A stretch of DNA of 64,000 nt from an uncultured Acidobacteriota bacterium (GTDB taxonomy: Bacteria > Acidobacteriota > Thermoanaerobaculia > UBA5066 > Gp7-AA6): the NCBI GenBank assembly GCA_963764715.1, contig CAVXTP010000003.1, forward strand, positions 1 to 64,000. Reading direction: 5' to 3'. The translations under genes and the position numbers were made by a program. The notes beneath the pieces were generated by a model. The model worked only from the letters and a program-made list of their open reading frames with translations, did no database searches and was not told the origin of the DNA. Shown here in pieces: positions 29,923-39,094 of this stretch (positions are counted from its first letter, which is position 1; each line of letters starts with the position of its first letter).

Positions 29923-31965
29923 TCAAGGTCCCGTCGGCGGCCCCTGTTTTAGCAGATTCAGGGACTGAATGACGCCGGGCTGGCCGGGTTTGATGCGAAG
30001 CGACTTCTCGAAGAGGGCCAGGGCCTCGTCGCGGCGGCCCAGGCACGTCTTGAAGAGGGCGATTGCGTTGATCGTGTCGGGGTCCTCGCTCGAGGGCTCG
30101 AACCGGGCCACCGCGGCGAGGGCTCCCTCGCAGTCCTGGTCCTGGAAGCGCAGGATCCCGAGCTCGCGCCCGATCTTCTCGTTTTCGGGGTAGGCCTTCG
30201 CTCCCCGCTCGAGCACCTCCCGCGCCGGGCCCGCCTTCCGCCGGCCGGTGTACTCGCCGAACCACTGCAGCACGGTCCCCTGGGGGTCGGCGTGCCCGCC
30301 GGAGAGCGACTGGAACAGCCAGTCGAGAGCCTGCTTGTCCTGTCCCCGGCTGCGGTAGAGGACCGCCAGGTTGAACTGGGGCGACGCGTATCCCGGCCGC
30401 AGCTCCAGGGCCTTCCGGAAGGCCGCTTCCGCCGCGGCGAGGTCCTTCGAGTTGTCCCGCAGGTAGACGCCGAGGTTGTTCCAGCCGCCCTCGGTCAGTC
30501 CCGGCCGCTCCCCTCCCGACGGCGCGAGCTTTTCGGGCTCGGAGCCCGAGAGGTAACCCAGGTTGCGCAGGCGCTGCGCGTAGTCGCTCGCCTCCTTGTC
30601 CGACATGGCCTCGGCCTGGACGCGCCGGACGGCCACCGTGCGGAAGAGGTCCTTCTTCGGCGGGGCGGACAGTCCCTCGAACGCTCCGCCGATGACGCCG
30701 CCGCGCACGGCCCGGTCGACCGGCAGGCCGAGGAGCGCCGAGACGGTCGGCGCGACGTCGAAGACGGTGGCGGAGCCGCGCGGCTGGCCGCGCCGCACCC
30801 GCGGCCCCCAGGCGGCGAAGACGCCGTCGAGCCGGTGCCAGAACGCCGCCGTCGCCGGGTTGAGCGAGGACCGCTCGCACGGCCGGTCCTCGCCCCACTT
30901 GAAGCCGTGGTCGGAGTTCACGACGAGCGTCGCCCCGTCCTCCTCCGCGCGCCGCATCCACTGGCCGATCATCCGGTCGACCAGGGCGTAGTACTCGTCG
31001 ACGGCGCGATGGAAGCGGGCGTAGTCGGCCTCGGGCACGCAGGCCATGCGGGGCGGCTGGAAGGACGCGAAGACGTGGCCGATGCCGTCGGTGCCCTCGA
31101 AGTAGAGGACCATCAGGTCCGGCAGCGTCCGGTCGTAGAGGTCCCGCGCGATGCGCTGCTGGATCCGGGTGGCGGAAAGGATGTTGGAGAGCGCGACGAT
31201 CGGGTTGTCGAGGGCCTGGCCCGAGGCGCGCAGGCGCGCGATCTCGTCGGGCGGCACGTCGACGAAGCGCGCGAGCTCCGCGTCGGAGACGCGCCCGTCG
31301 CGGGCGATGATCTGCTCGACCCCCGCCGCCAGCGCCGTCGGATAGGCGACGCCCGCCCGCGGCAGGTCCTTGAAGAGGATCGGGCTCGCGTGGTCGCTGA
31401 CGAAGAATCCCTGGACTTCCTCGGCCGGATGCGTCGCCCACCAGCCGACGACGCCGACGGTCCGGCCGGAGGCGGACGCCACGTTCCAGACCGCGGGCAC
31501 GGCGCGGGAATCGCCCGAGATCGGCACCTTCTGGCCGTTCTTCGGGTCGACCTCCTGGAAGTCCAGGATCCGGTGGACGTCGGGGCCGACGCCGGTCGCG
31601 ATCGTCGTCCACACCACGGGCGACAGCACGGGCATGAAGCTCTTGAGCTTCGCCGTGTAGCCCTCGGCGGCGAGGCGCTTCCAGTTGGGCATGCGGCCCT
31701 GCGCCGCGAGGCGGTCGAGGAGCTCGAAGTCGAGGCCGTCGAGGCCGAGCCAGATGACGGGAGCGCGCCCCCCGGCCTCCCGCCGCTTGCGGGTCTCCGG
31801 GTCGCTCGTCTCGACGCCCGGCGCCGGCGCGGGGACGGACGCGGTCGCGGCGGAGGGTTGCGCCGACGACGACGTCGCCGTCGCCCGCTCGCCCGAACGG
31901 CCGCAGGAGAGGGCCAGGATCGCCAGGGCGGCGAGGCCGCCCGCGACGCGCGGGCCGACCCGCAT
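29923..31965 (-). CDS. Alkaline phosphatase superfamily (phosphodiesterase-like) lipoprotein with C-terminal TPRs
   Basis: LALSC lipobox; GLDGLD, SPVVWTTIATG, D..GH, SDHG, LRNLGYL; TPR helices. Confidence 0.88.
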   Translation of the reverse strand: MRVGPRVAGGLAALAILALSCGRSGERATATSSSAQPSAATASVPAPAPGVETSDPETRKRREAGGRAPVIWLGLDGLDFELLDRLAAQGRMPNWKRLAAEGYTAKLKSFMPVLSPVVWTTIATGVGPDVHRILDFQEVDPKNGQKVPISGDSRAVPAVWNVASASGRTVGVVGWWATHPAEEVQGFFVSDHASPILFKDLPRAGVAYPTALAAGVEQIIARDGRVSDAELARFVDVPPDEIARLRASGQALDNPIVALSNILSATRIQQRIARDLYDRTLPDLMVLYFEGTDGIGHVFASFQPPRMACVPEADYARFHRAVDEYYALVDRMIGQWMRRAEEDGATLVVNSDHGFKWGEDRPCERSSLNPATAAFWHRLDGVFAAWGPRVRRGQPRGSATVFDVAPTVSALLGLPVDRAVRGGVIGGAFEGLSAPPKKDLFRTVAVRRVQAEAMSDKEASDYAQRLRNLGYLSGSEPEKLAPSGGERPGLTEGGWNNLGVYLRDNSKDLAAAEAAFRKALELRPGYASPQFNLAVLYRSRGQDKQALDWLFQSLSGGHADPQGTVLQWFGEYTGRRKAGPAREVLERGAKAYPENEKIGRELGILRFQDQDCEGALAAVARFEPSSEDPDTINAIALFKTCLGRRDEALALFEKSLRIKPGQPGVIQSLNLLKQGPPTGP

Positions 31966-33065
31966 CAGTGCGCGCCGTTCCGGCCGGAGGCGGCCGGCGC
32001 CGCGCCGAGTCGGGCGCCGATCGCGTTCTCGGCCAGGCCGGGCTCCGCCGTCAGGAAGACGCCCTCGTCGAAGAAGACGGGCGTTCCGTTCAACCCGAGA
32101 CGCATCGCGAGCTCGATGTCCCGGACGACGCGCTGGCGCGCCCGGCCGCTCGAAAGCTCCGCCGCGAACGCCGGGCCGACGCCCGCCGCCTCGGCGACGT
32201 CCGCGCCGAGCTGCCGCGCGGCGGCCGGGTTCATCGTCGAGGCCCTCGGGAACACGGCCTCCTCGTAGCGCAGGTACAGCGGCGGCGAGACGCCGGCGAG
32301 CGCGGCCGCGGTCTCCGCGGCGGCGAACGACCACTCGTGGACCTTGACGAGCGGGAGGAACCGGACCTCGAGGGCGCCGCCGCCGTGGGTGAAGGCGTAG
32401 TCGCGCAGCTCGGGTGTGCGGACGCGGCAGCGTTCGCACTGGAAGTCGATGAACGCCGTCACGAAATAGGCGCCCTTCGTGGGGCGGACGCCCGGAGACT
32501 CCGCGAGCATCTGCCGCCGGCGCGCGGCCGGGGCGACGTCGAGGGGCTGGAACTCGCCGAGGAGAAGCGACGCGCCGTCCTCCGAAACGAAGCCGGGCCT
32601 CGCCGCCGAGACGCCCTCCGCCTGCCGGATGGCGAGGCGGATGGGCTTCAGCGGGCCGCGGCTGCCGGGCAGGACCTCGAGCGTCACGGGCAGGCCGTAG
32701 ACATCGGCGAGCGCCCCCTGCATCACGGGAACGTCCTGTGCCGGCGAAAACGGCCGGCCGCGGCGCGTGTCGTCGTGCAGGACCTCGCCCACGAAGATCT
32801 CGTTTCGCGCGGTGTCGACGAGCGTGATCGACATCTCGTTGCGATTCTTCAGGTCGCAGGACCGCTCGACGGTGAAGCTCTCGTAGCCCGGCAGCCGGAT
32901 CTCGGAGGCCGGCGTGACCGTGACCTTCGTCGCCGGGCAGGACGAGAACCAGGCCTCGAAGTACCGGGAGACACGCTCTCGGGTCGGCGCGGCGCCCCGG
33001 GCCTCCGGGGCCTCCACCGTCGAGAGGGCCAGCACGATCAGGGCGAGAAGCGGGGCACGGCGCAT
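31965..33065 (-). CDS. Second DsbC/DsbA-like paralogue (CERC)
   Basis: Signal peptide; FIDFQCERC, GLNGTP; collinear similarity to 28775-29902 (..KVTV..RLPG.., PG[FY]V..DG). Confidence 0.8.
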   Translation of the reverse strand: MRRAPLLALIVLALSTVEAPEARGAAPTRERVSRYFEAWFSSCPATKVTVTPASEIRLPGYESFTVERSCDLKNRNEMSITLVDTARNEIFVGEVLHDDTRRGRPFSPAQDVPVMQGALADVYGLPVTLEVLPGSRGPLKPIRLAIRQAEGVSAARPGFVSEDGASLLLGEFQPLDVAPAARRRQMLAESPGVRPTKGAYFVTAFIDFQCERCRVRTPELRDYAFTHGGGALEVRFLPLVKVHEWSFAAAETAAALAGVSPPLYLRYEEAVFPRASTMNPAAARQLGADVAEAAGVGPAFAAELSSGRARQRVVRDIELAMRLGLNGTPVFFDEGVFLTAEPGLAENAIGARLGAAPAASGRNGAH

Positions 33066-33116
33066 CCGGGCAACCTTAACACGGGGAGTGGCTTACGGAA
33101 TTTCCGGCCTCCCCCG

Positions 33117-34472
33117 TCAGGGGCTCTGGAGGTCCATCCGCATGCGCCGGAAATCGATCGTGACGAGGAAGTTCTTGAAGACCGAGTTGCCGAGAATCCC
33201 GTCCTCGAGCGCGCCGTCGTCTTCCTTGATCGGAAGGCTGCGGAACCGGACGCCGTACCCGGAAAGGCCGATCACGACGGAGTCGACCCGGGCCCAGGCC
33301 GCCTCCGACTGTCCGAGGCCGTAGAGCTTCTTCGGATAGAACTTGTTGGACGCCTTGAGGCCCGCGCGCCGCACGCCGTTGGAGGTCAGCATCGTCGGCT
33401 CGCTCCCCGTGTCGAGCAGAAGCTGGTACCAGCCCGACTTGTCGATGGACGCCCGGACGAAGATCCGCGAGCGCGCGACGAAGAGGTTCTGGTCCGGGTC
33501 GCGGCCGGCGCCGCGGGGATCTTCGCGCGTCAGCCGCATGTGGCGCTTGCCGTAGTCGAGGCCCAGCCGGAACTGCTTGATGAGGTGGAGCCCGAGGACC
33601 ATCGGCACCGGAAACTCGCCCCGCGACGTCGCGAACAGAAGCGCGTCGTCCGGCATGAGCATCACGGGCACGTGCGCGAGGGTGAAGCCTCCGACCTCGA
33701 GCCGGTCGACGACGCCGAAGGTCAGCGGGAACTCCTTCGCGTGGAGACCGCGGCCGAACGCCTTCGAGTCCGGGATCTCGCGCACGCCGACCTGCTTCGC
33801 GAAGGACTGCGTCAGGATCGTGTAGGCCGCTCCGGTGTCCACGATCGCGGCCGAGTCGGCGCCGTTGACCTTGACCGGGACCCGGATGAGATCGAAGCCC
33901 TGCATGGAGAAGTCGCTCTCGTGCGATTCGCCCACGGCCGGCCCGGCGTAGAGCGGCAGGTTCTGGATCGCCTCGAGGAAGTGGATGTACCCGGGCAGCA
34001 GGCCGTAGCCGTCCCGCCGGGCCGCCGACGCGAACTCGAGCGCGAGCTCCGGCTCGTCCCAGAAGATGAACCCCTGCGCCAGCGCCCACTCGAGCTCGGC
34101 CCGGCGGGCCGGACGGGCCTCGAGATCGATCGCGCGGGTCAGGAGCGGCAGCGCCCCGTCGATGTCGCCCCGCGCGAGACACGCCCGGCCGAGGACGGAG
34201 AGCGACGTCGGGCTCTTCTCGAGCTCGGCGCGGGGCAGCTGCCGGAGATCGGCCTCGACTTCGAGGTACTCGCCGCGGGCCAGGCGCTCCTCGGGGTTCG
34301 GGCGGCCGAGCCACGGGATCGCGCGGACTTCGGACGCCGGCATGACCTCGACACGCGGCTCCGGGGAGGCGCAGGAAAGCTGAGCGACCGCCAGGGCGGC
34401 AGCGACCGCACCGGCCGCCGCCGCCGCGAGACGCTCGACGCGCTCGTTCTTCCGGCGTCGCCCGAAGCTCAG
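33117..34472 (-). CDS. Lipoprotein with TPR and two retropepsin-like aspartyl protease domains
   Basis: QLSC lipobox; IVDTGA and LLDTGS; GILG. Start uncertain (CTG overlapping the upstream TGA). Confidence 0.82.
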   Translation of the reverse strand: MSFGRRRKNERVERLAAAAAGAVAAALAVAQLSCASPEPRVEVMPASEVRAIPWLGRPNPEERLARGEYLEVEADLRQLPRAELEKSPTSLSVLGRACLARGDIDGALPLLTRAIDLEARPARRAELEWALAQGFIFWDEPELALEFASAARRDGYGLLPGYIHFLEAIQNLPLYAGPAVGESHESDFSMQGFDLIRVPVKVNGADSAAIVDTGAAYTILTQSFAKQVGVREIPDSKAFGRGLHAKEFPLTFGVVDRLEVGGFTLAHVPVMLMPDDALLFATSRGEFPVPMVLGLHLIKQFRLGLDYGKRHMRLTREDPRGAGRDPDQNLFVARSRIFVRASIDKSGWYQLLLDTGSEPTMLTSNGVRRAGLKASNKFYPKKLYGLGQSEAAWARVDSVVIGLSGYGVRFRSLPIKEDDGALEDGILGNSVFKNFLVTIDFRRMRMDLQSP

Positions 34473-35572
34473 CGAGACGCGGTCCTCGTCAGAGTGCCCG
34501 TGCGGAGGGCCGCCCGGGCCGTCTCGAGGGTCGTCAGCGTGCGGCCTTCGCGCTGCCAGACGTTCAGCCCGTAGCCCTTGCGCGTGATGAACTCGAAGTC
34601 GACCTGGTGAAACGAGACGCCCGCGGGCAGGAGCTCGCGCCGGTAGTGCCAGACTTCGCGGTAGTTGCCGTCCGAATCCGGGAGGCGCGTTCCGGGCCCG
34701 GTCATGCGGTCGTAGACGAGAGCGCTCGACGCGCCGGGCTTGGCCGCTTTCAAGGCGTTCGTCAGATCGAGGTCGCTGTACATCGACATGCCCTTCGGGT
34801 CCGCGGCGTCTTCGCCGGTCGAGAGCGGCTTGCGGCCGATCCAGGTCGGTGGCCCGAGGAGGACGAAGACCATGCCGCGGTCGGTGACGCTGCCCCGCGT
34901 CTCGTCCTGCGCGAGGCGCGCGTCGGCGAACGCCACGCGGCGCTCGAACTCGATGCGCGTCTCGTTCTCGGGCGTTTCGGGGCGCGAGTCCCGCTCCTTC
35001 CAGAAGTTGGTGATGAACTCGGAGCGCGAGGCCGGGTCCGAGAGCCGCTCGTAACTGTGCTTCTGGTCGGCCGTCAGGAGGTAACCGGCCGGGCCCTCGG
35101 CCCAGTCCTCCCCGGCTTCCTCCGCGCTCTTGTCGACGGGCGCCTGGTACGCGCGAAACGCGGTCGCCAGCGAGCCCGTTTCGGCGGGTTGCTGCGCCTC
35201 GGTCCGCATCGTCTTGCGAACGTCCTCGAGGAGAGCGATGACCTTCGGCGGGTAGGCCGACGGATCGAGCGTGGCGTTGGGCTGGTAGGTCAGAAACGTC
35301 TCGAACTTCTCGCGCGCCTCGTCGGTGCGGCCGAGAGCGGCGTCGGAGGCGCCGCGATAGAAGGCGAGCCCCGCCGGCAGCGCGGCGCGATAAGACTCGT
35401 TGCCGGGCTTCTCGACCTCGGCCGCGAGCTGATCGAGTGTCGCGAGCGACGCCGCGTACTGCGCCAGGCGGAACTGCTCCTTGGCTTTGAGGAAGAGCCG
35501 GACGCACTCCGAATCGGCGATCGCGAGCGAGGCGAGGAGAACCAGTCCCGAAGCGATCAGTGCGCGCCGCAT
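34469..35572 (-). CDS. GWxTD domain protein with N-terminal TPR-like helices
   Basis: FI..FW..RD..PET..NE..RR..AD, GSVTDRGMVFVLLGPP, EVWHY. Confidence 0.85.
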   Translation of the reverse strand: MRRALIASGLVLLASLAIADSECVRLFLKAKEQFRLAQYAASLATLDQLAAEVEKPGNESYRAALPAGLAFYRGASDAALGRTDEAREKFETFLTYQPNATLDPSAYPPKVIALLEDVRKTMRTEAQQPAETGSLATAFRAYQAPVDKSAEEAGEDWAEGPAGYLLTADQKHSYERLSDPASRSEFITNFWKERDSRPETPENETRIEFERRVAFADARLAQDETRGSVTDRGMVFVLLGPPTWIGRKPLSTGEDAADPKGMSMYSDLDLTNALKAAKPGASSALVYDRMTGPGTRLPDSDGNYREVWHYRRELLPAGVSFHQVDFEFITRKGYGLNVWQREGRTLTTLETARAALRTGTLTRTASR

Positions 35573-35689
35573 GGGTACCTCCCGATCATCATACGACTAG
35601 AAACGTCTGGAGTTGCGAGTCGATCTCGACGACGACGTCCGACTTCGGCTGACCCGGGAGCCGCCTTCAATTCCCTGACTCGGCCCTTC

Positions 35690-35720
35690 AAAAAAATGGG
35701 GGCGGCTCGCGCCGCCCCCG
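35690..35720 (-). terminator. Rho-independent terminator after TBDR copy 1
   Basis: GGGGGCGGC-GCGA-GCCGCCCCC followed by a T-run on the minus strand. Confidence 0.85.
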
Positions 35721-35748
35721 GGGGGAAGTAACGGAAAAACGTGAGGCC

Positions 35749-38700
35749 TTAGAAGGTGACCTTGAGCGCGACACGGAGCAGCCGGGGGTTCGTCTGCACG
35801 ACCGTCTTCAGGAAGTCCGGGTTGTCCGAGCAAGGCGCCGTGGCCGAGGCCGCGCAGGTGCCGGTTCCCGGTTGCTGACCCGGCTGGCCGTAGAACGGGC
35901 TCGTCGGATCCGTGACGATGGCGCCCCCGAAGTTGAAGTTGCTGTCGACCGCGACGGTCGTCTGGCGGTTGAGGACGTTGAACACGTAGAGCTGCGGGGT
36001 GACCGTCACCGGGCCGAGCGCCATGTTGTAGCCGAGCGAGAGGTTCATGTCGTAGTCGGTCGGGGTCCGGCCGAAGGTGCCGCGATCCTCGAGGTAGAGG
36101 TTGGCCGGGTAGAAGTCGTTGAACCAGCCGAGCCGGGAGATCGGGAGACCCGAGCGGACGTAGAACTGCGCGCCGGCCGAGAGGCCGAACGGCGCGTTGT
36201 AGACCGCGTCGATGCGGGCCTGGACCGGCCGGTCGAGCTCGAGGTTGCCGTAGTCGTTGAACGTGAACTGGTAGTAGTCGTAGTCGGCGTTGATGCCGGG
36301 GTCCGTCTGGCCCGTGGCCTGGCGGATCGCGCCGGAGTAGTTGCCCTTGAGGGACGAGTACAGGAACGAGGCCTGCGCCCAGATCGCGTTGGTGAACTGC
36401 TTGCGGGCGGTCATCTCGATGCCGCGGAAGATGCGCTTCGCATCGCCGATGGCGACGCCGCTCGCGGAACACTCGCCCGCCGAGGGGTCCGTCGGGTTTC
36501 CGGAGCCGTTGCAGGTCGGGAAGAAGCCCGAAGCCGCCTGGCCGTCGCCGCCCGGGTTGAAGAGGGCGCAGGTGTTGGGCGCGATCGCGCCGTTCAAGTC
36601 GCAGCGGTCTTCGACCGTGCGGCCCAGCGTGCGGTAGGTGCCCTTCAGGCCGATCGAGAGCGACGGGTCGAGAGCCTTCTCGACGCCGAGCGTGAGCTCA
36701 TCCTGATAAGACGCCTTCGTGAGGGGGGTCCCGTTCTTCACGCCGTTCGTCCAGCCGTCCACGGGCTCGCCGGACGCCGTGCCGCCCTGGAAGTTCTCGG
36801 AACGCGGCGCGTTGGGGTCCTGAATGATCGAGCCCGGAACGTAGTTGTAGGTCTGGACCGCCGAGTTGGCCGTGAACACGCGGACGTTCAGGTCGGTCGG
36901 GAGCGAGAAGAAGAAGCGGCCGGCCGAAGCGTACAGCTTCGACGTGCCGTCTCCGACGAAATCCCACACGACGCCCACGCGGGGCGACCACTCGTTCTCC
37001 ATGGCGAACGCCTTGAAGGGCCCCGTCGTCGGATCCAGTCCGTAGAAGTTCTCGGTGTCCCAGCGGACGCCGGCGTTCAAGGTCAGCGTCGGGATGATCC
37101 GCCACTGGTCCTGGAGGAAGGCGCTGTAGCGCTTGGTCGGCGTGTTGAACGGCGACGAGTTGATGATGTGGTAGTCGTCGGTGGTGCCGTCGGCCAGCAG
37201 ATCGTGCTGGTAGAAGACCTGCTGCGTCTGCCCGTCGGCGTTCGTGTAGAACGGCGCCGCGGAGAGGTCACAGATGCTCGCGCCGGACTGCAGGCAGGGA
37301 CGGATGCGGAGGCGCTGGGCGCCCGTGAAGTAGGTCGAGCCCGACGTGGAGTCGTTCTGGTAGTCGCCGCCGAGCTTGATCTCGTGGTTGCCCATGTACG
37401 CGGTGAAGGAGCCCGCGTACGCCTCGCGGCGCGACTGGTTGTTCAGGGTCGGCCCGAAGACGTTGCCGAAGCCGCCCGCCGTGGTGAAGTTCGTCCCCGT
37501 GCCCGAGGGATCGGTGGTGTAGTCGCGGATCCCCGGGACGTCCAGGCCGAAGGGCTTGGTGGCGTACCGGTCGGAGTGCTGCGCGTACTGGAAGGTGAAG
37601 ATGCCGAACGAGCCGAAGAGCTGGTTCAGCCGCGCGCCGTAGTCCGGCCCGCCCGTGTCCTGCCGGCCGTTGTACGTGAACGGCGAGAAGCCGGCGGGAG
37701 GCGCGATCACGCCGAACTGCGCGAGCGCGCCGTTGAGCTGCTGGGAGTCCGAGAACACGCTGCCGACGACCGAGGTCCCCTGGAAGGGATTCAGGGTCAG
37801 CTTGCCGGAGTACTTGTTCTGAACGAACGCCTGCGGGAAGTCCTCGTACGCCCGCGGCCCGCCGATGGGCTGCACGTTGTTGTTGGCCTGGACGCGGTCG
37901 TAGGCGCCGAAGAACCAGACCTTGTCCTTGATGACGAAGCCGCCGAGGTCCGCGCCCCACTCCTGCCGCACGTCCTTCGAAAGGAAGTAGGCGGGTCCGA
38001 GGCCGGAGATGTTGTCGGCGCTGCCCTGCTCCGAGAACTGCGGCGTCTGGTTGATGTCGACGTCCGCGCGCATGCCGGTGTCGTTGTAGTAGCCGAAGAT
38101 TCCGCCGTGGAACTCGTTGCCGCCCGACTTCGTGATGACGTTGACGACGCCCCCCGTGTTGCGGCCGTACTCGGCCTGGTAGCCGCCCGTCTTCACTTCG
38201 ACTTCCTGGATGAACTCGTTGTTGATGTCCTTGCCCTGGAAACCCTTGATGACGTTCGTCGTGTTGACGCCGTCGATCAGGAACAGGTTCTCCGACGACG
38301 TCGATCCGTAGATCGAGATCGCCAGCGACCGCCCCTGGGTCTCGCCGAAGTCCGCCTGGACGCCCGGCTGCGTGAACACGATGTCCGCGTAGTTGCGTCC
38401 GACCGGCAGCTTGTCGATGACCTTCGCCGAGTAGTTCGAGCCCTGCGTCGTCGACGTCGAGTCGACCAGCGGGGCGTCACCGGTGACCGTCACCTCGGCC
38501 GACGTCGAGAGCGACAGCGACAGGTTCACGGTGGCCGTCGAGTCGAGGGAGACCGTGGCCCTGCGCTCGACCTTGCCGAAGCCCGACAGTTCCGCGGTGA
38601 TCGTGTACGCGCCCGGCGGGATCGACGGGAAGCGATAGCGGCCGTCGGCCGCGGTGACCGCGTTCCGCGTTCCCTGCAGGTTGGGACTCGTCAGCGTGAC

Positions 38701-38841
38701 GGTCACACCCGGCAGGGGCGCGTTGCTCTGGTCGGTCACCGCCCCCTCCACCGTACCGGTCGTCTGCGCCAGGGAGACGGCCGGGACGAGGAGAAGCAGG
38801 CAAACCGAGAGAGCCAGGGTAAATCGGTACAGAGACTTCAT
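35749..38841 (-). CDS. Oar-type TonB-dependent receptor, copy 1
   Basis: Signal peptide, carboxypeptidase-regulatory-like N-domain, AEYG..TGGVVNVITKSGGNEFHG, QDQWR, terminal KVTF. Confidence 0.93.
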   Translation of the reverse strand: MKSLYRFTLALSVCLLLLVPAVSLAQTTGTVEGAVTDQSNAPLPGVTVTLTSPNLQGTRNAVTAADGRYRFPSIPPGAYTITAELSGFGKVERRATVSLDSTATVNLSLSLSTSAEVTVTGDAPLVDSTSTTQGSNYSAKVIDKLPVGRNYADIVFTQPGVQADFGETQGRSLAISIYGSTSSENLFLIDGVNTTNVIKGFQGKDINNEFIQEVEVKTGGYQAEYGRNTGGVVNVITKSGGNEFHGGIFGYYNDTGMRADVDINQTPQFSEQGSADNISGLGPAYFLSKDVRQEWGADLGGFVIKDKVWFFGAYDRVQANNNVQPIGGPRAYEDFPQAFVQNKYSGKLTLNPFQGTSVVGSVFSDSQQLNGALAQFGVIAPPAGFSPFTYNGRQDTGGPDYGARLNQLFGSFGIFTFQYAQHSDRYATKPFGLDVPGIRDYTTDPSGTGTNFTTAGGFGNVFGPTLNNQSRREAYAGSFTAYMGNHEIKLGGDYQNDSTSGSTYFTGAQRLRIRPCLQSGASICDLSAAPFYTNADGQTQQVFYQHDLLADGTTDDYHIINSSPFNTPTKRYSAFLQDQWRIIPTLTLNAGVRWDTENFYGLDPTTGPFKAFAMENEWSPRVGVVWDFVGDGTSKLYASAGRFFFSLPTDLNVRVFTANSAVQTYNYVPGSIIQDPNAPRSENFQGGTASGEPVDGWTNGVKNGTPLTKASYQDELTLGVEKALDPSLSIGLKGTYRTLGRTVEDRCDLNGAIAPNTCALFNPGGDGQAASGFFPTCNGSGNPTDPSAGECSASGVAIGDAKRIFRGIEMTARKQFTNAIWAQASFLYSSLKGNYSGAIRQATGQTDPGINADYDYYQFTFNDYGNLELDRPVQARIDAVYNAPFGLSAGAQFYVRSGLPISRLGWFNDFYPANLYLEDRGTFGRTPTDYDMNLSLGYNMALGPVTVTPQLYVFNVLNRQTTVAVDSNFNFGGAIVTDPTSPFYGQPGQQPGTGTCAASATAPCSDNPDFLKTVVQTNPRLLRVALKVTF

Positions 38842-38897
38842 CCTTTCCTCCTTCAATTCCGCGCTTCGAACTCGAAGACGCTTCCAGAGGCGAAGGA

Positions 38898-38929
38898 CGA
38901 AGCAAGGCCTGATCCTCAAAATGTGCCAA
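38898..38929 (-). promoter_or_regulatory. Sigma54-like promoter motif, copy 1
   Basis: TTGGCACATTTTGAGGATCAGGCCTTGCTTCG; conserved upstream of copy 2. Confidence 0.5.
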
Positions 38930-39046
38930 GGTGCAAGTCACTGGAGGAACGGCCTCAAGGCGAAAACCGGCCGTCGCCGAAGGCGAGGGCCGGGCGGTCC
39001 GATTGGATCGCTGTTCGGGAACTTGAAGCCGTCGGGACGAAAGCCG

Positions 39047-39077
39047 AAAAACCGGGGGCGGCCGAAACCGCCCCCGG
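39047..39077 (-). terminator. Rho-independent terminator after TBDR copy 2
   Basis: CCGGGGGCGG..CCGCCCCCGG followed by TTTTT. Confidence 0.85.
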
Positions 39078-39094
39078 AGAGACCGAGAAGTCGC

